64,000 bases of DNA from IMG/VR virus record IMGVR_UViG_2902229301_000001, positions 683 through 64,682 of that record. One strand, given 5' to 3'. The stretch comes from a virus. Below, in pieces: positions 56,959 through 64,000 of the stretch; the stretch's first letter is position 1, and each line of letters opens with the position of its first letter. The position numbers and the translations under genes are program-made. Below the pieces are notes generated by a model. It had not been told where the DNA came from, made no database searches, and was given only the letters and a program-made list of their open reading frames with translations.

Positions 56959-57145
56959 AAAGGCCACAATCCGTGCTCACCAAATGCCGCCTAACCCGCG
57001 GCTTTTTTACACCCGCTCAAACCTCACCAATCGCGTTCTACACGCACCAGTGAAAAACCAACCCCACGCACGATATCAGAGTAGAACACATCACAGCGAG
57101 GCGCAGCGGCACGGGATGAATCGCGTCTAAACGCCCTTGCGCGCA

Positions 57146-57164
57146 ATGCTATCCCCGCCACGCC
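57146..57164 (-). other. cos site of prophage 2
   Basis: GGCGTGGCGGGGATAGCAT, very close to the 186/P2 19-nt cohesive end. Confidence 0.8.
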
Positions 57165-57309
57165 TGCCCGCTTTGTGTGTCGCTTTTCATGCAGTTGCAC
57201 GATCCAGCGCGATCCATGTAGGGCAGGGCGTCATAAGGTTTTTGAGCTAAGGGATCCTGCATGCAAATTCATGCACATCCATGCGATGAGCACGGCATAC
57301 TTTATAGCG

Positions 57310-57498
57310 TTAATTTTTAGTGTCGTAAACAGTAGTTGGACTCACCAGGCCATGTGTTTTTAGTTCGACCTCGACCAGGTGGGATATGGTAGCTAACGCT
57401 GTCTGTAGGTCTTTCTTGTCGCAATCAGCTACTAACGCTATCTCAGCGATAAATTGCACACGAGAAAGTGCAAGCTGTGCGTTTTCTAAGGTTTCCAT
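57310..57498 (-). CDS. tum: Tum-like SOS antirepressor (short form)
   Basis: RV..IA......C...D...AL..I pattern resembles the 186 Tum N-terminus; position after A; LexA box upstream. Confidence 0.65.
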   Translation of the reverse strand: METLENAQLALSRVQFIAEIALVADCDKKDLQTALATISHLVEVELKTHGLVSPTTVYDTKN

Positions 57499-57510
57499 AC
57501 TATTCCTTTT

Positions 57511-57530
57511 TACTGTTCTTATATACAGTA
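57511..57530. promoter_or_regulatory. LexA (SOS) box overlapping a minus-strand promoter
   Basis: TACTGT-TCTTATAT-ACAGTA; TTGACT-17-AATACT. Confidence 0.85.
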
Positions 57531-57646
57531 TTTTTCAAAATGAAACGGCAGTCAATAAATTATTCAACGTGTTGTAAATTAAAGATTAAACCGTTTTATT
57601 GGTGATTCTGATACATCAGCGAAGTGCTAATAGCCTGGTATCCAAG

Positions 57647-59947
57647 CTATTCCAGGAAACTCTCACTAAACCCCGGCCACTCATCAGCCGCCGGATATGA
57701 AATAAGTTCACCGTCTATCTTCATTTTTGCCCCACGCGCCAGCGCTTCCAGCTCCCAGCGTTGAACACTGATACCACGCTGCATCAAATCACGCTGAATA
57801 TGAGGTATCCGCTCCCGTTCTTCGCCCGTTAATCTGGCCGACGGTGACGGATCGCGGAGGGTATTGGGGTTAAAGTCGCGTTGTTTATGATTCTTCCTGA
57901 CGGATTGCTCACGTAGACGCATTCCTAGCGCCCTCACAGCCGCGTTGTCACTCCAATCAATCGGTGGGTTATCGGTTTCTAATGTCGTTGCTATGCTGCT
58001 GTTTTCGGCCTGCTTTTTGACATCTGCGCCCGACCGTTGAGAACCCAACCCACAGTTATTGACAGGACTCCGAGGCGCGCCGGGGGCGCTTTTTAAAGTC
58101 AAAGGCTCAACGGCAACGGCTTTAGAAACGATGCGCCACTCGGTTGTCCGGGTTTCAAAAACATGTCCTTCGCCCAAGTGCGGGGCGAAAATCCCGACAA
58201 CCTTTTGCACCTCTTCGTCATACTCGTTGAGCTTGTCCGACACCCGGCGCGCAACGCGTACCGTTTGCAGCTCACGGGAAACATTCGCGCCGCCCTGTGC
58301 GGCCATGTAGGCGTCAAATTTGCCCGCGTCAGCAGCACAGCGAACCGCCTCGACCTGTTCGTCGAACTGGTCAGTAAGATTGACGCTGCGTAACGTGCCG
58401 CTTCGGCACTCGCGGTACGCGCCCATTGTGGGGATACCGATAGCTTTAAATTGAGGGATGCGCCACGTTGACGCCCACGCAGTGACGGCGGCGGCCATGT
58501 CCCGCAGTGGCTTTCCGGTGTCTTTGTCGATCTCGCCATCGAGCGCGTAGCCATCGATATTTTTGGCGATGTACTTAGCAATATAGCCAGCGGCACCGCC
58601 TTTATTGAGGTGTTTACATTCAAAGCGGTATGTTGCTGCGCCGCGTTCGTTGCCGTCTTCTTTCAGGGCATAGCGACGCATAATATCGATGACTGACTGA
58701 CGATGCGCGCGCTTGCAAAACAACATCATGTGCCAGTGAGGTGTTCCGTCGTGATGTGGTTCGACAACGCGCATCCCGTACACCTTCAGGTCGTTGTCCT
58801 TAAATGCTGTGCGCATCTTGCCCCATATCTTCACTAGATAGCGCTGGCCGTCTTTCGGCGTAAAGGCTTCATTGTCCCAGCTTCGGTTAAACTGGACTTT
58901 CTCGTTAGCGCTGCCCTTGCCGATCACGCGGGTCGGGTGATACTTCGACGGCGTGGTGATAGTGATAAACATCCCGACATCTCGCTGTTCGCTGGCGTAA
59001 CGCTCAATCCCGGCGATGGTACTCATCAGTTCCATACGGCGGATTTCAGGGTTGGATATACTCGCCATTACCTTGTCGATCAGGTCGATACGTTCGCCTG
59101 TTGCGACGTTCTCCAGCTCACAGTTTTTCAGGTAATCCATATTGGCGAGGCGACGCGACTGTACATCGCGGATCGCCATCTTGCTGGCATACGGGGACGC
59201 CTTTTTACTGACCTGACCGACTGCAATATTCAACGCCTCACGCCAGCGGGTGCGTTGGGCTTTAAGCTGTCGAGTCCACCATTCCTCATTAATCAGGCGG
59301 GAAATGCTGGCTATCGCTTTGCGTATATTCAGCGTTCCTTTGCGGTAGTTCTTCCAGAAAAGCGGAGTGATATTGAACGCACGCGCCATGCTGGCGACAT
59401 GGCCGAAAAGCTCGGTCTGTGCCGCGTCGGTAAAGAGTGCGTCCGGCTGGCCGCCGAGCTGCGCTTTCATGGCATCGCTCATTTCCTCATACGCAGAAAA
59501 TATCTGGCCGGAAATACGCGCAGCCAGACGCCCCAGCGCCTTGTCATTCATGCCGGGTAGCGTTTGATAAGCGTCAGATTCAGACAGGAAACGCTCGGAG
59601 GCGTGGCGGTTCATGGCATGGCGGGCATTGATCGCCTCAATACGCGGCCACATGCGCTGCATAAAACTGTTAACCAGAAAACGATGGGCGCTGAGCTGGC
59701 CTTTATTCTTTTGCAGGTAAACGTAGCGACTCAGGCAGATTTCGCGCAAGAAGTGCGGTTGTTGGTTAATTTTCGCTAAAACGGCTTGCCCCTGAGTCCA
59801 TTCCTCACGGGTAAGCTGCCTTTCTTCCGGCACGATGGCCGGGCGGGGGGCGTTCCACGGATACGCACCCACGAACGCATCGCGGGTGCTGCCGGGGAAA
59901 GGTGGCGGCGGGGTGGGAGCGGAGCGCCCTCGGCGGGTGGCGGTCAT
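57647..59947 (-). CDS. A: Replication initiator A
   Basis: TITTPSKYHP, EPHHDGTPHWH, YIAKYIAKNIDGY. Confidence 0.96.
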   Translation of the reverse strand: MTATRRGRSAPTPPPPFPGSTRDAFVGAYPWNAPRPAIVPEERQLTREEWTQGQAVLAKINQQPHFLREICLSRYVYLQKNKGQLSAHRFLVNSFMQRMWPRIEAINARHAMNRHASERFLSESDAYQTLPGMNDKALGRLAARISGQIFSAYEEMSDAMKAQLGGQPDALFTDAAQTELFGHVASMARAFNITPLFWKNYRKGTLNIRKAIASISRLINEEWWTRQLKAQRTRWREALNIAVGQVSKKASPYASKMAIRDVQSRRLANMDYLKNCELENVATGERIDLIDKVMASISNPEIRRMELMSTIAGIERYASEQRDVGMFITITTPSKYHPTRVIGKGSANEKVQFNRSWDNEAFTPKDGQRYLVKIWGKMRTAFKDNDLKVYGMRVVEPHHDGTPHWHMMLFCKRAHRQSVIDIMRRYALKEDGNERGAATYRFECKHLNKGGAAGYIAKYIAKNIDGYALDGEIDKDTGKPLRDMAAAVTAWASTWRIPQFKAIGIPTMGAYRECRSGTLRSVNLTDQFDEQVEAVRCAADAGKFDAYMAAQGGANVSRELQTVRVARRVSDKLNEYDEEVQKVVGIFAPHLGEGHVFETRTTEWRIVSKAVAVEPLTLKSAPGAPRSPVNNCGLGSQRSGADVKKQAENSSIATTLETDNPPIDWSDNAAVRALGMRLREQSVRKNHKQRDFNPNTLRDPSPSARLTGEERERIPHIQRDLMQRGISVQRWELEALARGAKMKIDGELISYPAADEWPGFSESFLE
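58052..58080 (-). other. P2-type rolling-circle ori
   Basis: GCGCCTCGGAGTCCTGTCAATAACTGT matches the P2 ori. Confidence 0.8.
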
Positions 59948-60153
59948 TGATGATCGCGCATCACTGATTCAACACGCGCCATTAATGCCGCCTGCATTTC
60001 TTCCGGCATCTCTGGTGTGCCGGGCTGGCCGATACCTGCAAAAAAATCACTAATTTCACTTAGAACCAGTTGAGTTAAATCGTCTGTGTCTCGCTCTGAC
60101 TCGACAATCTCTCTCACCATTGCGTACCCCACGAGGCTAGAACGGCGGCTCAT
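59944..60153 (-). CDS. Hypothetical early protein
   Basis: Coupled overlaps with both neighbours. Confidence 0.6.
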   Translation of the reverse strand: MSRRSSLVGYAMVREIVESERDTDDLTQLVLSEISDFFAGIGQPGTPEMPEEMQAALMARVESVMRDHQ

Positions 60154-60461
60154 AAATCTTGCCCCTTATCGTTATTGAGCTGGTCAAAGGCTGACTGGCA
60201 CAGCGCCGCAAAGCGTTTGCTTTCTGTCAGCAGCTTCTTTGAGTCGGTGACATTGCCGCGCCAAATTTCGGTGGCGATAGCACGATGCACAAAATCGTTA
60301 ATCAGGCTGACGGGATTCTGATAAACGGCCAGCGTGGATAAATACGGCTGATCGCCGTCTTCTTTCCCGCATTTGATTTCGCCCAGCGCAAAGTCATAGC
60401 CGACTTTCGCTATTGCATAATTACCGTTGATATCAACGCGGTTATAAGCGGGGTTTTCCAT
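60150..60461 (-). CDS. DUF5405-like early protein
   Basis: I...+AI....F.L.E.K......YL.TL..Y.....LI pattern; synteny. Confidence 0.55.
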   Translation of the reverse strand: MENPAYNRVDINGNYAIAKVGYDFALGEIKCGKEDGDQPYLSTLAVYQNPVSLINDFVHRAIATEIWRGNVTDSKKLLTESKRFAALCQSAFDQLNNDKGQDL

Positions 60462-60709
60462 TACATCACCGCCTTAATATCTGAACCGGAATTATTAAAG
60501 GCGTCGGATTCCTGCCGTAATAATTCGATAATTTCCACACTGCTTAATTCGTGGATAGCGGCATGAGTCGCCAGCTTATCCAGACGTGAAGAAAAAGACG
60601 TGTGTGCATCGGCTTTCGCCTCGGTGCGTGCCTGAGAAAGCATTAACTGAATGCCCTCGCTTTCAGCCTTGCGATGCATCGCCTGACCGACTGTTTTATA
60701 CATGTGCAT
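60461..60709 (-). CDS. DUF2732-like early protein
   Basis: LSQARTEAK....FSSRLDKLA....S.VEIIELLRQE. Confidence 0.75.
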   Translation of the reverse strand: MHMYKTVGQAMHRKAESEGIQLMLSQARTEAKADAHTSFSSRLDKLATHAAIHELSSVEIIELLRQESDAFNNSGSDIKAVM

Positions 60710-60771
60710 ATAATCCTCAGATAAAGGGAGTCCCGACGCGGTTAAGCGCCTAATTAATTTCAGGTGGTTAT

Positions 60772-61272
60772 TTAATTCAGATATTCTTCGGGTTTAATTG
60801 CCGTCAGAATGTCGGGGGCAGCATCAAATAAACTCACAAGCTCATTTAATGCGCGTAATATTAGTTTACGCCATTGGCATGATTCATCGTCAATACGCCA
60901 ATAAGGTTGATTAAATTCTTTTTCAGTTAACCCCGCGTGCATAAATAAGGTTTTTCTCTCGCCGACATTTAACCAGCTCAGAAACGTTGACGTATTCACA
61001 CCACGGATGCGACCTTTTGAGAAAGCCCGGCGCAGTTCATCAATGGCGCAGACAATCCGCTCACGCTCTGCGGTTGGCATTTCCTCCAGACGGTAAACGG
61101 TCTGGCTCTTTTTCATCTGCGCATGAAAGCAGAGGGTCAAACGGTCACGCTCATGCAGGCTATTGTAATACGCGCAGATTTCACGCCAGCGGCTATCAGC
61201 AAAGTGCTTGCCGATCACGTTGCGCAGCCCAGCGGGTAAATTCTGCATACTGCTGACGGTAAAGGCTGTCAT
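60772..61272 (-). CDS. B: Replication protein B-like
   Basis: LPAGLR..IG.HF...RW...C..Y.S...RLTLCFHA, IV.AIDELR. Confidence 0.8.
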   Translation of the reverse strand: MTAFTVSSMQNLPAGLRNVIGKHFADSRWREICAYYNSLHERDRLTLCFHAQMKKSQTVYRLEEMPTAERERIVCAIDELRRAFSKGRIRGVNTSTFLSWLNVGERKTLFMHAGLTEKEFNQPYWRIDDESCQWRKLILRALNELVSLFDAAPDILTAIKPEEYLN

Positions 61273-61502
61273 GCTTTCCCCCTCAGTCCAACAATACGGT
61301 GCAATAGCGATATTAGTCGCAACGGCAACGCACGATGTTTTTGTTCAGGCATATAAGGCTTACTGCTCCACGGAGCGAAATAAACCTGGTGAGGTTTTGG
61401 CTGGCAGCGTTGACCATTCGACAGCTCAAACCAGCCTTTACCCTGGTTCATCAGTCCCGGTGCAGGCGACTGACTAATGAGTAAACGAGCAATGGAAATC
61501 AT
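61269..61502 (-). CDS. fil: Fil-like (DUF2724) protein
   Basis: MISIARLL..QSPAP...GW..L.NG.R..P. Confidence 0.7.
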   Translation of the reverse strand: MISIARLLISQSPAPGLMNQGKGWFELSNGQRCQPKPHQVYFAPWSSKPYMPEQKHRALPLRLISLLHRIVGLRGKA

Positions 61503-61556
61503 TGTTTTCCTCCTTCCTATTGGTAACCGCCCACGTATAGGCGGTTGCGAATAGGT

Positions 61557-61585
61557 GCCGGGTTTTAGCCATGCCCGGCGCATGG
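61557..61585 (-). ncRNA. Putative H-type pseudoknot element, copy 3
   Basis: CCATG-C-GCCGGG-CATGG-CTAAAA-CCCGGC; both stems covary relative to copies 1 and 2. Confidence 0.65.
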
Positions 61586-61637
61586 TCTTGTGGTAGGATT
61601 GAATCGCCAAAAACAACCAACCACAAAAGAGGGAATC

Positions 61638-61826
61638 ATGATTGAAAAGGAAATAATCAATCTTCTCGATAAAACGCTTTCAAAAACTCTCGACGTTATT
61701 GAACCGATCAAGTTGTCCGAAAATGACCGTCATGAAGTTGAAAGCCTCTATAAACAATTAGGCAAAGCACTTGACCGTAGTTTAGGAACTAACATCAGCC
61801 CTAAAGGATTTGTGGGGAACATTTAA
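61638..61826 (+). CDS. Hypothetical 62-aa protein X3, antisense to early operon
   Basis: GAGGG RBS; TGGTAGGAT extended -10. Confidence 0.7.
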   Translation: MIEKEIINLLDKTLSKTLDVIEPIKLSENDRHEVESLYKQLGKALDRSLGTNISPKGFVGNI

Positions 61827-62422
61827 ATACCGACGGGGCGTTTAATCGTCCCGCGTTCTCTCCCCAAATAATCCAAAAAAACAGATGCAACTTTTTCATA
61901 AGAAAGGCCAGTATCAAATTCCTTACCTGAATTAAGATGTATAACAGCGGTTACATCATATTTTCTTTTAATTTCAGAAATCGCCACTATGGAATCAGAT
62001 TTGATAACAATACGGCCATCAATCGTATTAATACGCATACAGCCATATGTGTCTTTTGATAGTGTTTTTTCCTCTATAAATCGGGAGGAAATGAAATCGT
62101 CAATACCATCAACGACACTAGATACGCTGCCATAATTTTTATCAGTAAAGCATTCAACCATATAGTGAACATTGCCGACATGTTCACCATGTAAATGATA
62201 TTGGCGGCATAAAGGGGCTGTATGTTTACTGTCTTTATTCAAGTTAACGAAACAGTTACCTGACGGCTGGGATGATGCTTTCAGTTCATTAATCTCATTA
62301 CTCATTTCACGAGCATATTCTTCCAGATTATCAAGGAACAAATTCGCACTCTTAATACTGAGGTTTCCGTTTTTCAAATCGGCACGCCCCGCATTAATAA
62401 AACCAAAAATTGGCATTTCCAT
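61823..62422 (-). CDS. Hypothetical AT-rich 199-aa protein Y3
   Basis: Long ORF between cII and fil, converging on X3. Confidence 0.7.
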   Translation of the reverse strand: MEMPIFGFINAGRADLKNGNLSIKSANLFLDNLEEYAREMSNEINELKASSQPSGNCFVNLNKDSKHTAPLCRQYHLHGEHVGNVHYMVECFTDKNYGSVSSVVDGIDDFISSRFIEEKTLSKDTYGCMRINTIDGRIVIKSDSIVAISEIKRKYDVTAVIHLNSGKEFDTGLSYEKVASVFLDYLGRERGTIKRPVGI

Positions 62423-62432
62423 TTTTTCTTAC

Positions 62433-62948
62433 TCACCCAACATTCAAAGACGCCCCGATCCCGCTCAGTGCATCTACGGTGGAAGCCATTGCGGGATTGG
62501 CTTGTATTCTGGTTTGCAGCGTCAACCCGACTAACGACAGATAGCGAATGCCGGAATTGATGCTTTCCATAAAAGAATTTCGCCGTGTTTGACTCATTCG
62601 CTCAGTAGAGAGGCTTTCCGCTGCGACAGCGCCGACGGCTGCGGTTGCCTGCAACACGTAAGTGGTAAGGCGTTCTGCTTTCGCTTCGTTGACGGGAACG
62701 GCAGGCAGGCAATTAAGCTGTGCCAGCAGGCCGTCGATCAGCGTTGAATCCTCAGAGGCATCCGTGATGGTCAACAGGTCATCGCACGTTAAGCGGTGAG
62801 GCTGTTCCGGGTTCAACTTGTTGCGCAGCATCTGTGGGTTCATGCCTACCATTTCCGCCAGTTCAACCAGGTTGTGCCTGGTGGCAAATGCGCGACACGC
62901 ATTGGCATAGTGCGGGTGTTTTGCGATTTGGTAATCAAACATGGTCAA
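62433..62948 (-). CDS. cII: CII lysogeny-establishment activator (186-type)
   Basis: MFDYQ..KHPH...ACR.FA..HNL.ELA....M..Q.LRNKLNP.QPH.LT. Confidence 0.9.
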   Translation of the reverse strand: MTMFDYQIAKHPHYANACRAFATRHNLVELAEMVGMNPQMLRNKLNPEQPHRLTCDDLLTITDASEDSTLIDGLLAQLNCLPAVPVNEAKAERLTTYVLQATAAVGAVAAESLSTERMSQTRRNSFMESINSGIRYLSLVGLTLQTRIQANPAMASTVDALSGIGASLNVG

Positions 62949-62987
62949 ATCCCTATTGAAATCGATAATAAATTCACAAATTTGAAT

Positions 62988-63200
62988 TTATGCACCAAGC
63001 CGTGCTTCCCATTCGGCTTCTTTTGTTAGCGCCAGGAGGTTAATCATGGTTCGCTCGTTTTTCGCGGTTTTAGCCCGGATAGGCAGCTTTCCCAGGTGTA
63101 CCCACTGGTAGCAGGTCGCCATTGGTAACCCACTAATACGAGAAAACTCTTTTAATGTGACGTACGGTGTAGCCAGAGTGATTGAAAGTGGCGTTTTCAT
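62988..63200 (-). CDS. apl: Apl/Cox excisionase-repressor
   Basis: ITLATPYVTLKEFSRISGLP...LPIR.K....INL.AL. Confidence 0.85.
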   Translation of the reverse strand: MKTPLSITLATPYVTLKEFSRISGLPMATCYQWVHLGKLPIRAKTAKNERTMINLLALTKEAEWEARLGA

Positions 63201-63264
63201 AAGGCATTCTGTTCTGTTAGTTAAGTAATGTTGTAGATAGCTTGTTTTTTCATAATTGCCACTT

Positions 63265-63293
63265 AGGCTAATCTCAGCATTTCATATTGTCAA
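63265..63293 (-). promoter_or_regulatory. Early lytic promoter (pR-like)
   Basis: TTGACA-17-TAGCCT upstream of apl. Confidence 0.65.
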
Positions 63294-63316
63294 CTTTATC
63301 CTAAGGTTTTTGTGAA

Positions 63317-63904
63317 ATGAAACTCCAGGGCGGTGAAGCCGCTGTACAGCGCTTGATGCAGGCATATGGGTTCAAAATGAAGAAGGAATTGAGCGACCAC
63401 TTCGGTGCTGGTACAGGAACTATCAGTACTTGGGTTAAGCGTGACTATTTTCCTGGTGAAGCTGTTGTGCGCTGTGCCCTTGAGACTGGAGCTTCGCTAA
63501 CATGGTTAGCAACAGGTGAAGGCCAAATGTTTCAAGATCTTGCAAAGCCTGCCGAAAGTGCTATTAATAGTGCCTACATCTCATTGAAAAAGATCAGAAT
63601 TGTAGGCGGAAGATTACAAGACGCTGGCACATGGATTGCTGACGGCACACTGCTTGATGATTCTGTTTCCGAACCCGCTTTCATAGAGAAAGGTAACAAT
63701 GCTTGGATCGCCGATATGTCTGTTACCCAGGTCAGCAATGGCCGTTGGTTGTTAGATATTGATGGTGATGTGGACGTGTACGACGTAGCGCGCATCCCAG
63801 GTAACCGTATTCAGGTATCCGGTAACGCAACTAAATTCGAGTGTTCGATAGATGAGGTTAAGGGCGTTGGGATGGTTATTATTACTCTTGAAAATAATTC
63901 ATAA
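63317..63904 (+). CDS. cI: 186-type CI repressor
   Basis: GG.AA+.RL+.AYGF...L..H.G...GT+STW..RDYFP...VV.CALETG.SL.WL.TG.G; C-terminal G.WL+DIDG. Confidence 0.92.
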   Translation: MKLQGGEAAVQRLMQAYGFKMKKELSDHFGAGTGTISTWVKRDYFPGEAVVRCALETGASLTWLATGEGQMFQDLAKPAESAINSAYISLKKIRIVGGRLQDAGTWIADGTLLDDSVSEPAFIEKGNNAWIADMSVTQVSNGRWLLDIDGDVDVYDVARIPGNRIQVSGNATKFECSIDEVKGVGMVIITLENNS

Positions 63905-64000
63905 AATATTGATAACGTATATTATCTTATATATTACACACGATCTCTAAGGACTTGATTTATGGAGCTTCATGCATATACCAGAACTATCTCTGATGTC

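Larger units (their letters stand above)
34543..64000. mobile_element. P2/186-like prophage 2 (right end and integrase outside window)
   Basis: ogr-D-U-T-E-FII-FI-H-I-J-W-V-S-R-lysis-X-L-M-N-O/P-Q ... A ... cII-apl/cI. Confidence 0.95.

Overview
The window is filled by two different P2-family (Peduoviridae-like) prophages in tandem, both running off the edges. They are joined at 34543-34597 by a 3' half of tRNA-Leu(TAA) (leuZ-type) with IHF and integrase arm-type sites, i.e. a hybrid attP-like junction. Prophage 1 (<1-34.6 kb) carries ogr, D, an inverted FI-FII-E/E'-T-U block, an acyltransferase moron, tail fibre, baseplate, lysis and head genes, cos, rep A, dam, cox, an XRE repressor, an Abi-alpha-like gene, the integrase and a PIN-domain gene. 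Prophage 2 (34.5 kb to >64 kb) is 186-like with canonical gene order, HicAB, an Mnt/ORF6N antirepressor module, a LexA-boxed tum-like gene, rep A, gpB, fil, cII, apl and cI; its integrase is outside the window. The most striking unexplained structure is a ~33-nt element present three times (twice in prophage 1, once in prophage 2). On the early lytic strand it has H-type pseudoknot geometry with compensatory changes in both stems. On the other strand it abuts an extended -10 promoter for an unrelated small antisense gene, which overlaps the 3' end of a variable early gene. Other notable items: a shared RVAGRDY motif linking the repressor to its membrane-anchored neighbour, a loaded versus empty moron-insertion element beside the tail fibre genes, and ~580 bp of near-identical tail fibre sequence 33.4 kb apart that could yield two complete hybrid phages. 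Family assignments come from my recognition of protein motifs; no database searches were run.
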